A stretch of 64,000 bases of DNA from Thalia democratica. Taxonomy: Eukaryota. The stretch is taken from positions 65,968,001 through 66,032,000 of the forward strand of contig OZ241828.1 in assembly GCA_965202585.1 (NCBI GenBank), in the 5' to 3' direction. The notes under the pieces were generated by a model, which saw only the letters and a list, made by a program, of their open reading frames with translations, did no database searches and was not told where the DNA came from. Both the position numbers and the translations under genes were made by a program. This document shows positions 39,257-52,066 of this stretch, piece by piece (positions within the stretch are counted from its first letter, which is position 1; each line of letters begins with the position of its first letter).

Positions 39257-39489
39257 CTGTAAAATTTTTGAAAGTATTAAACTAGGAAACTAAAGGTTAT
39301 ATTGTTCGTATTAATATTTAGACTTTAAGAAAATATTTACAACATCAGCTGCAGAGCACTTTAATGTTGCTCTATTAGTTTTCCTCTCATAACACACAAT
39401 GCACTTTGGTGAAGATATTTTTATCAATTACGTATCTTTACTACATTTATTTTTAAAATCTTGTAATAAAAAAAATGTAATAAAATACA

Positions 39490-39885
39490 TTGGATCAGTT
39501 TTACACGGAGGGTCAATTTTGCAGAAGTGTCAAATATGCGTTGAGTAACTTTTGCATGAGTGACAGTTTTGCACGAGTCGTCAATTTTGCACCAAGCTGT
39601 ATTTACGCATGGTTAAAAAAGATAAGAATAATAAAATGAAACTAATTAAGCTTAAGAAAATAAACTTAAGTTTTAATACAACTTAAAAACATACCTAATG
39701 CAAAACAACAATATTATAAAAAAAAAAATTGGCGGTTTGAAGTAAGTTCTTGCTAAAAACTTTACTACTTTTGCAAAACTATCTACGTGCAAAATTGACT
39801 GCTCGTACAAAATCGATGACGTGCCAAAATCTCATTCCGTGCAACAGTGACTTCGTGCAAGAAAGACCCTTCAAAAGTGACCCTT
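39490..39885. mobile_element. Two-armed member of the GTGCAAAA-array MITE family
   Basis: Left arm of gtcaattttgcac-type units (39505-39590) and right arm of gtgcaaaattgac-type units (39775-39885) in inverted orientation. Confidence 0.65.
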
Positions 39886-41315
39886 TATAGTTTATGTTGT
39901 TTTTTAAACTATTAGTATATAGTGTAAATTTAAAAAATCCGAGGCTCAAGAATATCTAATTCCTAAGTTAGACTTATTTATTCTTGAGCTACGTCTTTTA
40001 TTTTGTTCTCGATCTAAAAAAAAATTGTTTTGTTTTTATCAATTTTTTTATGTGTATAGTCTTGAAGAGTCTACTTAAAAAAATATACTAGCCTACGAGA
40101 CTTCATTCAGCTAAATGAGTTCGGTACTTTAAAAAAACTGTGTTTCAAGTCAAGACTGTTTGAACAGTTGGGTAGTTGTTAATTAAGCAATAAAATAATT
40201 TTTTTTGTAAATTTTGTTAACACTATAAAAACCTATTATTTTTAATAAACTATAAAATAAAAACAAAAATAAACTATAAATATTCAATTTAATTTTTTAT
40301 ATAAGATTTTACTCAAAGAATATTAAACCTAATATTATAAATTATTACTTACTTTTACTAATTTGTCGTAGAAATATAAACTAAGAATATAGACTTTTTT
40401 CTCTAAAAAATACAGTAACACTGAGCAAGCAAAAAATAATTATACTTTTTAAAAACATATAAAAAATTATAGAAAAATAACAAAATTTTTCTCAAAACAG
40501 ATAATAAAGATGTTAAGAATAAATTTAAATATAAAAAGATATCAAACCAAAGTTAACTTTTCTTTCTAACAAATATTTTAGTTTGTTTATTGTTCAATGT
40601 ATATTTTAGTTTATAGTTAATTGTGTTAGTAATTTAAACTTTTTAAACTTAAAGCTGTGCGTGTTAAATGAAACTACACCTTATTTTAATACTTTAATTA
40701 TTTATTAAGCAGATAACTTTTGCCAGTAACGTATTCATTATAAATAATTTATTTACTTATTTTTTAAATTATTTCATTTGTTATTTTAAATAAACAAATT
40801 TTAGTACGTTTTAAACTAGAAAACCTTATTAAATAAAACACTTACAGTTTTTGTTTATTTATTTGTATATAGTAAGTTTGAAACGTTTAAACAGTTTTTT
40901 GTTATAATACCTGTAATAATTAGTCAGTTAAACGTAAGCTACTTTTAACACAGTCTAAAAATTAAGTAAAGGCTACATTAAACAAAGTAAATAAAATATT
41001 AAAGATGATAGTAAGGAATTTCATTTATTAAAAACTAAAATATTGTAAAGGGTTTAAAGTGAGTTTAATTAATTTATTAATTTTTTCTAATTTTTGTTTA
41101 GATACAATAAATTTTTTTGAAAACCTTAAACTATTTTGACTTCTTAATTCAAATAAGAATTAGTTCTTCTTTAATTCAAATTTGCAAATTAAAATTAAAA
41201 AATATTATTTGCAAATGTTGCTGAAGTTTTTCAACACCTTTTTGTTTCTTAAATAGTACAGAATTATTTTTTTAATAAGCATTTTAAATTAAATATTTGT
41301 AAATTTTATATTTTG

Positions 41316-41445
41316 TTTACTAACAGGTTTCGGTGGAAAAAAAATTGCTACCTTATCAAGTATATTAAAATAACAATTGTATAGTTTACTATTTTATTAT
41401 ATTTGAAAAGGTCGCAAATTTTTGCCACCGAAACCTAGTAGTAAA
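41316..41445. mobile_element. Small inverted-repeat element with hammerhead-like core (Penelope-like remnant)
   Basis: ~49-bp arms at 41316-41364 and 41398-41445; right arm tTGAAAA-GGTcGC..GCcACC-GAAAC-cta-GTA..aaataaa. Confidence 0.55.
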
Positions 41446-43108
41446 TAAAGTATTTAACTTGACATTTTTAATTAAATAAGCTCTTTACATTTCAGTAAAT
41501 TGAGCAATATTTTTAATGAAGACAAATAACTACACAAAATGTACTATAAATAACTAAAGTTAAACGATTTTTGAATTAACGCAGGTTTGTATGTTAAAGT
41601 TTTTAACAGGTTTTAAAAATTTATTTAAGTTTGATTGAGTAAAGTTAACTATTTTAGGTGAAATTTTAATGTAAACAAAAATAGTAAACTAATTTATAAT
41701 GTATTTTTTCATTGGTTTATTCTAAACCATCTGCTGTATAAGTAAAAAGCAGATCATATTTTGATTTGAAACGTCTGAAAGAAAAAGTTAAACTTACGCT
41801 ATTCCGAAACAGTCGGTAATAAAAGTTTAAAAAACAATTCAAGTTTATTTAAGTGTCGTGTTTTATTAATGTGTGGCGTAAAATTAGTATAAAATAGAAT
41901 ATTAACAACTATATGTAGTTTGTGTATTTGGTTGATGTAGCAACTAAAAAAGAAACAGTAACTTTTAAACAATTTAAGAAAACTTTTTCCCTAAATGAAA
42001 GCTGTTTTTACTTTACAACTATTTCTTTTGTAACTTTGGATTAGCCAGAAAACTAAAACCTTAAAGTTATATTGTTGAAATAAAACTACAGCTTAGTTTG
42101 CTGTATAGGATACGTGTGTCAATTACGTAACTTCCTAATTAAATGAGTGGGAGTGAGTTTGTTCTAAACGCCACAACTTGCAAGTTAGTAATACAGCACT
42201 TGCAACCAACATTTAGTTTTTTTATACCAAGTCACATTTATTTTTTTACATTTTGTTTTAGCAATAGTTGAGATATTGTGTTTCAAATGCTTTTTAGTTA
42301 TTACGACAATAATCGAACGATAAAAAAATAGAAAAATAGGTAAAGTTATTTAATTTGTTAAGTATTACTTATACTATAAAGAAAAGTTTTAGCAAGTTCA
42401 AGCTGTTTTTAGGAAAATTCCTGTTAATTTTATAGATTTTAGTAAGTTTTTTTTAAATGATGTTTTTAAATGTAGTTAATGTTTTTGTTTTAAAATTAAG
42501 TATTATTATGTTTAAAAATGATACTATTATCAAGAATAATGACTTTAGTACAAAAAATAATTCAATTCACAATGTTATATTACATTTTGTGCAATAAGTT
42601 TATGTACAAATATTAACTAACTTTTGATATGGTTGTAATCAAAAAATAAAAAAGAAAAAAACATCCACCTTAAAACACGACCAATAGTAAAATTAACATT
42701 TGAAATTGCTTTATTATGAAGCAAGTGAGGGTTTACAATGTAGATGATATGAAAATACTAAAACTTTAAAACTAATTTTAATGTAGCAACTACTACATTC
42801 TGCGAGCTGGTTTTTATCAGACAAAAAGAATTTTCTGCTTATAAAGATATCCGTCTAATTTAAAAAAAAATTTAGACTGTACGGAATGAATATTACAAAT
42901 ATCATGTCAAGGACTTTAAACTGTTAATACTGTTTATACAGATTGAGGAATTAAACTAAGTTACAAATAATAGTTAAAAACTAACAAAATAGTTCAAGCA
43001 AGTAAGAAAATACTTTTAAAAACCCTAACCACATTCTCTTCAACAGAGTAGTACTGAAAACGACCTGTTTTTTAACTCCTTAACTACTTTAGAAAACAAC
43101 AGCCGAAG

Positions 43109-44512
43109 ATGAGTTGCAAAAGACTTTGTCTGCTACTCATAGCGCAAACCATCGCTGCGAAATTTCAGTGTAAAGTGGGCTACAAAATTGGTCATTCTAG
43201 CGGGTTCATGCCGGAAGTCGAGGCGTGGAAATCTGGTGGTCTTACAGAGGTGGCTTGCGATTCCTCAACAGGGATCGGACACAAATGCTTGCGGTTGGAA
43301 ATGGAAGAAATGGAACTAAACGGAACCAAAAGTTTGTGGCATATTATTGTGGATAAACCGTAGTAAAATTTATTTTAATTTATTTATTGCGTGTCATAAA
43401 AATAAATCACGCTACATTTATCACTTTATAGATAAAAATAATCTAGGAAAGCTATTTTATAATTTTGTTTATTAACGAAGTTTATTCAAAAAGTTCAAAG
43501 TATCAGTTTTTTACAATATTTGTAGGAAATTATGTTTAAAAATTAGCCTTTATATGTCACGAATAGTAAAGTAAGTAAACTAGTAAAGCTTATTAGTTAA
43601 GAAAAAAAAATACAAAAATTTAACAATGTACTTAACATTGTGATTTATTCACAGTATTATTCTAGTGCTCATCAACACGCAAGTTAAAAATGACCCTTTG
43701 TTTTACAGTAAAATTTTGAGCGTTTTAATTTGCTTCACAGTAAAAGACGTGACGTATATGAGCTGCCAGATGTTTTGCGATTTGCATTATGGGAACGTTA
43801 CTGAAGTACAGAGAAAGTTTAATGCAGGCGTATTGTTTCAGGTTGCAGATAACAAATTTCAAGTGAGCAAGGGGTGAGCTGATAGTTGTTAATTTATACT
43901 ACTTTTATTGGTTTAAATAACTTTTTCCTACCTTGCAAACATGCTGTACGATGTTTTCTAGTTTTTTATTAAAAATAAATGAAGTTAGTTTTAAGCATTA
44001 AAAAAAATACAATTTGTTTAAGTGAAACTTTTATAGAATAAGAAACTGATAATTTTTCAGTTTTGTTAAAGTTTTAAAAAGTGTTTTAAAAATTGATTTG
44101 CAAAGTCTATTTTTCAATCAAACATCTAGGATGATAATTGTTTAAAATAATTTTGGTGTGAACAAATTTAAAAAGTTACAAACCTATTAAAATTAAAAAC
44201 ATGATATTCAAAGTTAAACTTATAGTGAACAAGTTGTGTTTAACTAGCACTGTAGTTTCAAGCATAGCTCCCAAATGAAGTTGCCGTAGAATATTAACGC
44301 AACAAATGTTCAAAAGTTCAAATGTAAACAGAAAATAATATTTTTTTTTGTTACAATGCAGTGATGTCAAAGCTCACTGTTGCACGACCGACAAGTGCAA
44401 TGATTTGAAGGACAAAAACATCCCAGCCAGCTGCGGTGGAAGAACATTTGGTGTCAACTTTCTAATGAGCTTTTTTGCGGTGGCCGTTTTCAACGTAGCG
44501 TGTATCAACTAA
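43109..44512 (+). CDS. Ly6/uPAR (three-finger, LU domain) GPI-anchored protein, 168 aa (exons 43109-43331, 43741-43873, 44362-44512)
   Basis: GT-AG introns in phases 1 and 2 give one frame: signal-like N-terminus, 8 domain cysteines ending in the diagnostic CCTTDKCN, then a small-residue omega region and hydrophobic tail FLMSFFAVAVFNVACI. Confidence 0.88.
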
Positions 44513-46550
44513 CGTTTTAGTGACGTCATAAAGACTTGATTAGTTTGTTTTGAGTATAATTTTACTTTTAATGAGCACAATAGATTCTGGCTTTTGTTTT
44601 TGTTTTAACTGTTGTTTAAGTTTACAAGGGTAATTAATTTTTTTTAACTCAGCAAAAAATAACAAATCTGTAAATTTAGTTTCAATTTGTAAAAGAATTC
44701 ACTTTATATCTGTACGTATCGTTTCTTAAAAAGTTTAAAATATTAAAAAAAAATTAATACCTTATTTTTTATTAATGAGCAGTTAAGGTTTTTATCTACA
44801 AACTAAGCTTTCAAAACACACTGTATTGACTAAAAAAGCATTTATTTAACAAATCTATAAAACTTAGAGAGCTTTGTATAATAAAAAATTGTTTTGTTAC
44901 TAAACAATTATATTATTAGTGTATCAATTACCTTTTCACTATATAAAATAAACTACAGTGGTTTTTTTAATTAAAGGTAAAATTTTTAGCTTTGTTTTGA
45001 GTTGTAAATAAAAAAGGTTTCAAGCTTTTATTTATTTAAAATTTTGAAAAAAATTAAACTCTAAAATTATGTAGTATGCATAAAATGTTTTAAATAGATT
45101 ACATAAATAATGGCTATAATTTAGTAAAAACGTTGAAATAAGCCAAGATTATAGATAAAAATCTCAATAAAATTGAATGTATTTAAATAATCTCAATAAA
45201 ACTATTTGCAACAAACTTGAAGTCTTTATTCAACATATTTAGTTAACACTTAGTCTCTAGTTTTTTAATTTATTTATAGTGTATACAAAGCTGAGTACAA
45301 AAAGTCTTAAATGAATATTTTTGTTAAAACTAATGGTATATATCTCATTAAGTTTAAAAACTATGTGTCTTTTGTAAATTTATAGAAAAACTTCTTTAAT
45401 GTGTTAGATTAAATTAACTCATGGATAAAATATATAAAATTAGTCAGTTTAAATCATTTTAAATATTTTATTGATACTTTTCTTTAAACTTTTACGATTA
45501 CTTACGAACGTTTCTAGTATTTTTGTTTTAGTTGTCTTTACTCGATTGTTTTATTGTATACAAAAAGTAGCTTACGTTTTGCTGACTAACTACAACGTGT
45601 AGCATGACAAATAAATGATTTAAACTAACTAATTTTATTTATTTTACCCATGAGTCATTACTGTATATCACTTACTAGACTTACTGTATACAAATTATTA
45701 AACAGAAACCGTCACTGTTACGTTTAGCATAAGATGTAGTTTTTTATAGCATAAAATGTATTCCAGTTTGTTTGTTATTAAGTTGAAATTAAAGAATGTA
45801 TAAATAAGTACGTTACTGGCAGAAACTTAAGAAAATAAAAACAAACATAAAATATTAAACGACATTAACTGAAAATTACCAAAAAAGTAAAAAATGATCA
45901 AGTTAAAAAAACGTACTATATGAAAAAACAATTTTCCTTTGTTAACTTTTTAAAATTAAAATTATTTTTTTAACATCTATATTATCTGTTTTTAGCAAAT
46001 TTTGTTTATTGTTTTTATAATTTTTAGCTGCATCTAATAAGTATAACTGTTTTTTTTTTCAATAACATTGTATCGTTAGATAAAATATATTTAAAAATAG
46101 TATTTTTCTTTTATTAATCAGTACTCTGCAATTAAAAAACTTAGTAGAATTAAACTTTTTAAAAATATTAGGTCTAGTTGAAAAATGTAATCTTACAAAA
46201 ATCTTTATTTTCAAACACTTTCAATCAACTAATTTTTACCTCATTTAAACTGATTGCTATATCCAATATCTGCATGTATTTATATTATATGGCTTTGTTA
46301 ATAACTACCCAAATTAAAAAAATCTTAATTTAAATTATCAACAAACAATGATCTTAACATGAAGTATTTATTCTTTAATTTAAACACTAGACATTTTTGA
46401 GCCTTGACATTTTGTAGCTCGAACCAGATATGTTAGAGTTTGTAATAAAAAGTAAAAAATGGTTAGTTGTCTTATAACTAACAGCGAACTAAATTAAAAG
46501 GTTATATTTTTCATTCGCAGTTTATAGACTATAATCAGCTTGAAGACCAC

Positions 46551-47629
46551 CAGGGGCGTAGCGTGGGGAGGGACACTGGCGCATGCGTGCCACCCAAAAA
46601 AGAAAAATGTAAAAAAAAAAATGTAATATCTTTATCCTTTATCTTTTATTTTTTTTTCTGCTTAATTTGCCTTTTTTCAACTATGTTTATCTAGTGATCA
46701 AAAAGTTATCGAAATTTTGAATACCAACTAGTGGCAAAATAGGAAAGTACATGTTATTACTCAATATACTGATTCGGTGCGTAATTGCAAATGCACACCG
46801 ATGTTGATGAAAAACTCCATAAGGAAAAATTTTATAAGTTTATTAACTTCATAAGAATTTAGACTCAAAAAGCACGCAGTTAATATAGCGCACCGCTGTA
46901 GTATAACCTTATTGCAGATTATTTTTCTACAAAAAGTTTACAAAAATACGTCACGCTTAAAGAAAAATTAAACAAATTTACAATTTTTTCTTATGCTACA
47001 TTGTTAAGACTACTGCTAGTTTTCTGAACTTTATTTTTGTAAACATACACGAAAAAGCGTGTCGGCCTATGAGAAATAAACTTTGTTTGTGATTTTTATT
47101 TTAAACAAATACAATCAAATGAATTAAATTTAAAAAGTATACTTTTAACTATTTTACAAAGTTGTAATAAACTGTAATAACAGTTATAAAATTGGTCTAT
47201 TTTAAGTTCTGTGTAACTTTATTAAAATTATGTGCAATGAGGTGTTGTTATCACTGCTGTATTGTATATTAAAGAGATTGATATTTTTTTCGTAAATAAA
47301 ACAGATACTTTCGTTTTATTGAATATATAAATTTTTAAAAATATAAAGTTTACTATAAGTAATAAAACAAATTTTATTTAGTAAGTTTACATTTTTGCAA
47401 GTATAAGTAATTTTAATGAAATTTATATTGTTTATTTAATTGTTTAATATTCTAATATATAATTATTTTTTTAAACAGTTAACGAACTTATTTTAATAAA
47501 TAAATTTATTTCAATTATGTCACTTATAAAAAGTTTTTTTTATAGCTTATTACAAAAGTTTTAGTTTAGAAGTTTTTTTGAGAAAAAAATTTGCGCACCC
47601 CCTGACCAAAATACCACGCTACGCCACTG
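46551..47629. mobile_element. Non-autonomous hAT-superfamily transposon, 1079 bp, with 8-bp TSD AAGACCAC
   Basis: TIRs CAGGGGCGTAGCGTGG and CCACGCTACGCCACTG (15/16); aagaccac at 46543-46550 and 47630-47637; single empty site at 984-991 in copy A. Confidence 0.95.
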
Positions 47630-48273
47630 AAGACCACTAAAGTGTTTACATTAAAATGAACAAAAAGTTTTTATTAACACCAATAACAGAATGTTTTACT
47701 TTAATAATGCTTATCTACAAAAACAACAGTTATAGTTAACTAAACATTAATAAAACAAAGTATTTTTAAACTTATTTTTATTCAAAAACTTATATTTCTG
47801 TTGAACAATGTAACAAACAGAGTATTTGAGATTGAAGTAGATCTTAGTTTGCTAATAGGTTTTTAAATTGTGTTTTATATCATTAATTATTTAATATTAG
47901 AAAATATAAACTATGTTAATAACTTTGTGACAAAATGTCTTTTGTTACAATATAACTTATCAACTTAATAAATCCCGAGTCAAGAATAGTAAAATTTACT
48001 GTACTTATAAATTAATGAATTTGGTAACTTTAATGACTTTAAATTATACAAACAAAACACTTTATTTACACATTCATTTACTACGCGATAACGTTGCTAA
48101 CTAATATACAGAGTTCAACAAAAAAGTAATCAGATATTATTGACGTAAGCTTCAGTTGTCTAGATGCTGAGTGTTTTTATTATAAATAATTAAAATAAGA
48201 GAAAAAATTCCCAACCAGCGAGCTAATTTAAATTTTTAGAAACCAAAAAATCAGGACTTAGTGAATCCTGAGC

Positions 48274-49170
48274 CTACTGCAATAAAACTGATTGAAAAAT
48301 TTCGGAAACACGTGTCCTCGTTGCAAACGAAATGCTTAAAATCGTCTTTCTAGCCGTTGGTTTGCTCCTTAAACTCCTGATACAGTCTTCTTCGTACGTT
48401 TCTTTCGAGCCTTCATCTTCTTTCCGCCTGACGCACTTTTGAAAGGATCTTATTTGATTTCGCTCGTTCAACTCGTGTGAACACTTGCAACTTTTTCGAC
48501 TCCAGTATTTCGTTGAGGTATTGTTATAATTAGATAAAAAGGTATTGTAATGATTAAATATTGAAAAGTCAATATTGTGATTATTTTTCATCACGGAATA
48601 TCCGGCTGCAACTGTCGAGCTCTTAGAGTGGTCCTTTTAACCCGGATTGGGACCTTTTAAAATCTTTAAAATGTGTGGTTAAAACAGATTTAACATATAA
48701 ATTAATTCAAAAGAATATTTTGAAAACGTACTCTAAATTTACAGTTACTCAGCTTCACTGCAAAACGGATTTTCTACAATAATAAAAATAAATATCAAAA
48801 CGGCAAACTTTTCAAAAACAAATAAAACATTGCTAGAAATGTAGTAAGATTTCAGAAAAACATCATGTTGTACAAGTTTGAATATTATTTTATGGTTTGA
48901 AACCTCCTTTTAATATTCCAACAGCATTGTCAAGGCTCGCGTTGTGAAACAACAAAATGTTGTCACTTTTCTTTAAGCTTTTTTGGTGCCGTTTTACAAC
49001 GCGGTATATCTTGTCTGCATAAGGAGTGCCTCTGATCATCGTATCTTTGAAACATTTATTGATGATTTCGTAATCAGAACAGTTGAATTCTATGGCGTGC
49101 AATTCGTACATTGAGTATTCGTCATGTTCGTTAGCTATTGAGCGGCTAATATTGGTTATTTTAACTTTTG
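48274..49170 (-). pseudogene. Decayed PARP-like pseudogene, copy B
   Basis: Near-identical to copy A; here a stop follows GGFKP directly (ORF 48890-49111) and the downstream ORF is 2 aa longer. Confidence 0.7.
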
Positions 49171-51859
49171 TTTATTTCATTGTTCATATACATATACGTA
49201 TATATGTATATATGAATTTAGAAATTAGGTAGTTTAAATTATTAAAAAGTTTGTAGTATAATATGTTTTAACTTTGACAACTTGAAACTTTTAAAATTTT
49301 TTTATAAGATTTATAATTAAATGTAAACTTTAGTTTTGTCTGTTTATTGCTGTAGTAGTTAAAAATTAGTACTTTGGTTAAGCTAAATTACTAGCGCTTT
49401 TTTTTTTTAGATTATAATAAAATTGATAACTATGTCTTTTATATATTTTTTATCAGAAGTTTTAGTTGTAAGCACTGAAGAGCAAACTTAATTTGGCAAA
49501 AAAACTATAAAAAAAAAAGTAAACAAAAATACATTAAACGTTTACTGAGTTAAAGTCAAACTAGTTGACTTTATTTTGTAGGAGTAAAGTAGTTTTTTTT
49601 TTTAATTTAACTTTAAATTTCCCTAAATAATTAAACTGAGAAAATTTTTATGAAAATTGAAATAACTTTAAAACTTTTAACAACACATGGAAACCTAAGC
49701 GTTTTCAGTAAATTAATTCTAAAAACACTTTTATAGTTATCTTACTATAATAAACACTCTAAATAAAAGTTTCTTCAAAAAGTTTTAACTAAACAACCTT
49801 TCTTCAATTTTTTTTATCCAATTGGCCGATTTTTCACTTTGTGAGTTCGTATAGCTAAAATATTTAGAACAAAATATTAATTTCTTTTTCTATGCTAAAA
49901 TTATAATCTTACTAAAATAGTTATTTTCAAAGAATATTTTTTAATGTTGTTGTTCAGACAACTTTTATTTAATAGTAACATAAGGTGAAGTTACAATGAA
50001 AACAACATTACTTTGTTTATTACAAGATATATAAGTACCTTTTATAACTCATTGAACTTGACAAAAGCAGTGTTTGGCTTTTATCAAAACAAGAACTGAG
50101 TTGTGTTTAAGATTAAGAGTTTTGAGCTTTTTCTTAAAACCGCTGTTGCAGTCTTGTACAGTCGTAGTAAACGTAATAAATATTAAACTTAGAACTTTTT
50201 ATTTACTAATATGTTAAAATAAGTTTAAGCTAAAAGTTAATAATTCTAAATACTTTGTGTATATGCCCTTGAAAATAACGGCTAATCATAAATTATATCA
50301 GAGTTTTCCAAAAAGGAAAATATCGCCATTGTTTAAGCGAACTCATTAAGTCGGTAAAAATAACTAGTAGGCGCAAAAAAGGTAAATTTTTGAAACTTGA
50401 CAACTGAAGTACTTTATCAACATTAGATAAAATAACTTTTGTAAGAAAAAAAAGTTAAAACTAGCTGTAATGAACTGCTGCAAATTACTTGCAGTATTCA
50501 TTGTTCGAACCCTGAATACAAAAGCTAGATCAAAAACGGCCATATTCGAACATGTTGACTTTTAGAATTTGAAAAGGGGAATTCCGGTGAATCAACAATT
50601 GGACCCGATCGGACTGTCAAGTATACAAGAATGTTTTTTGTAAAGAAATGCATAACTGTAAAATATTTAATTGTTTAGGACAAATTTTCACATACAATTT
50701 TATATCACAACAGAGTGTAAGGTCAAAGAATGAAGATTTTAGAATTTATAGTAAAATATGCTTTATTACATAAACAAAAATTAACAAAATAAAAAAATGT
50801 AATAAACTGCTGCAAATTACTTGCATTGTTTATTGTTTGAACGTTTAATATTAAGAGATTATTTAGAGCTTGCTGAAGTTATAAGAAATGAGGCTTAAAA
50901 TCAATGATGCAACATTACAGTTAAAATAAATGATGCAGTAATTCATCAAAACATAACAGTTACATTTTGATGTGTTCAGACTGTGTGATGGGCAGCTATG
51001 TGAAAGACCTCAAGAAAGAAATCTTGAACTTATTTGATATGTTTATATAAGGTACTGTTTGATTATAGAGTTAATTGCCAACTGACGATGAATGCTTTAC
51101 AAGCGTTAGTTTGTTTTAAATTCTAATGGCAATTGCGATTATTTTTTGCATTTTTTTGTATTGACATGTTTGCTGCCAGTAAAATGATTGCTGCCTGTTA
51201 CTTAAATTTAGAACTATTGTTTACTGAACTTATTTATACTACAGTCGTTTTAAATAAATTATTTAACAAACAAAATTGTTAGCATTTTTAATTCACAGAA
51301 TTATATTGCACAAGACTTGTACCTTTATAAATTCAAAACAGGTATAATAAGTATTTATTATTAAAAAAAAAATTAAACTAATAAACATAACCTTCAAGTT
51401 ACACTAACAAATTTTAAAAGACTACTGTTGAAAACTTTAAAGTGTACTTACTGCTTTTAATGATTTTATTAGATAAAAATCATATAAGAATTATATATTT
51501 ATGTATTTTAATATTTTAATTTTTATACAATTAAAATTTAAAAAAACGATAAATAAAAATTTACTGTACTTACTAAACATTTAAAGAAAAATGTGTTGTT
51601 TTCTAAATTTAATCAAAAACTATTTAATAAAGTTTAAGTACATACAGAAAAATTTTAATTAGTAAAAGCTAACTTCACTAAATAATAATTATGATTTTAT
51701 ATATCATTGAATTCACTTATAAAGTAAAATATAAATGCTAATAAATGATACTAGCATAAATTAAATAAGGGGTAACAGTGATACTAAAAATAAAAAATAA
51801 CTATTGAATTTATAATTTAAAATAAAATTTAAAGTAAAATTTAAAAAAAAGCTACCAAC

Positions 51860-52066
51860 GAGGGTAAGGGTTAGGAGTAACAGTGATAATAAAAAAAAAA
51901 TTGACCCGTGCAAAATTGTCTCCATGCAAAATTGTCTGCTCGTGCAAAACTGTCTTTGTGGAAAAGTGACCCTTCGTGCAAAACTACCTTCGTGTACTTT
52001 TGTGCACTCGTCCAATTTTGTCCTCTTGTGCAATTTTGTACACTAGTGCAATTTAGACAGCTACCC
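51860..52066. mobile_element. Same MITE arm, copy B
   Basis: Duplicate of 5210-5419. Confidence 0.65.

Noticed and set aside
39330-39420. Minus-strand CIVCYERKTNRATLKC, resembling a RING start
   Set aside because: Stop just upstream, no compatible splice phase and the remaining ligands are absent
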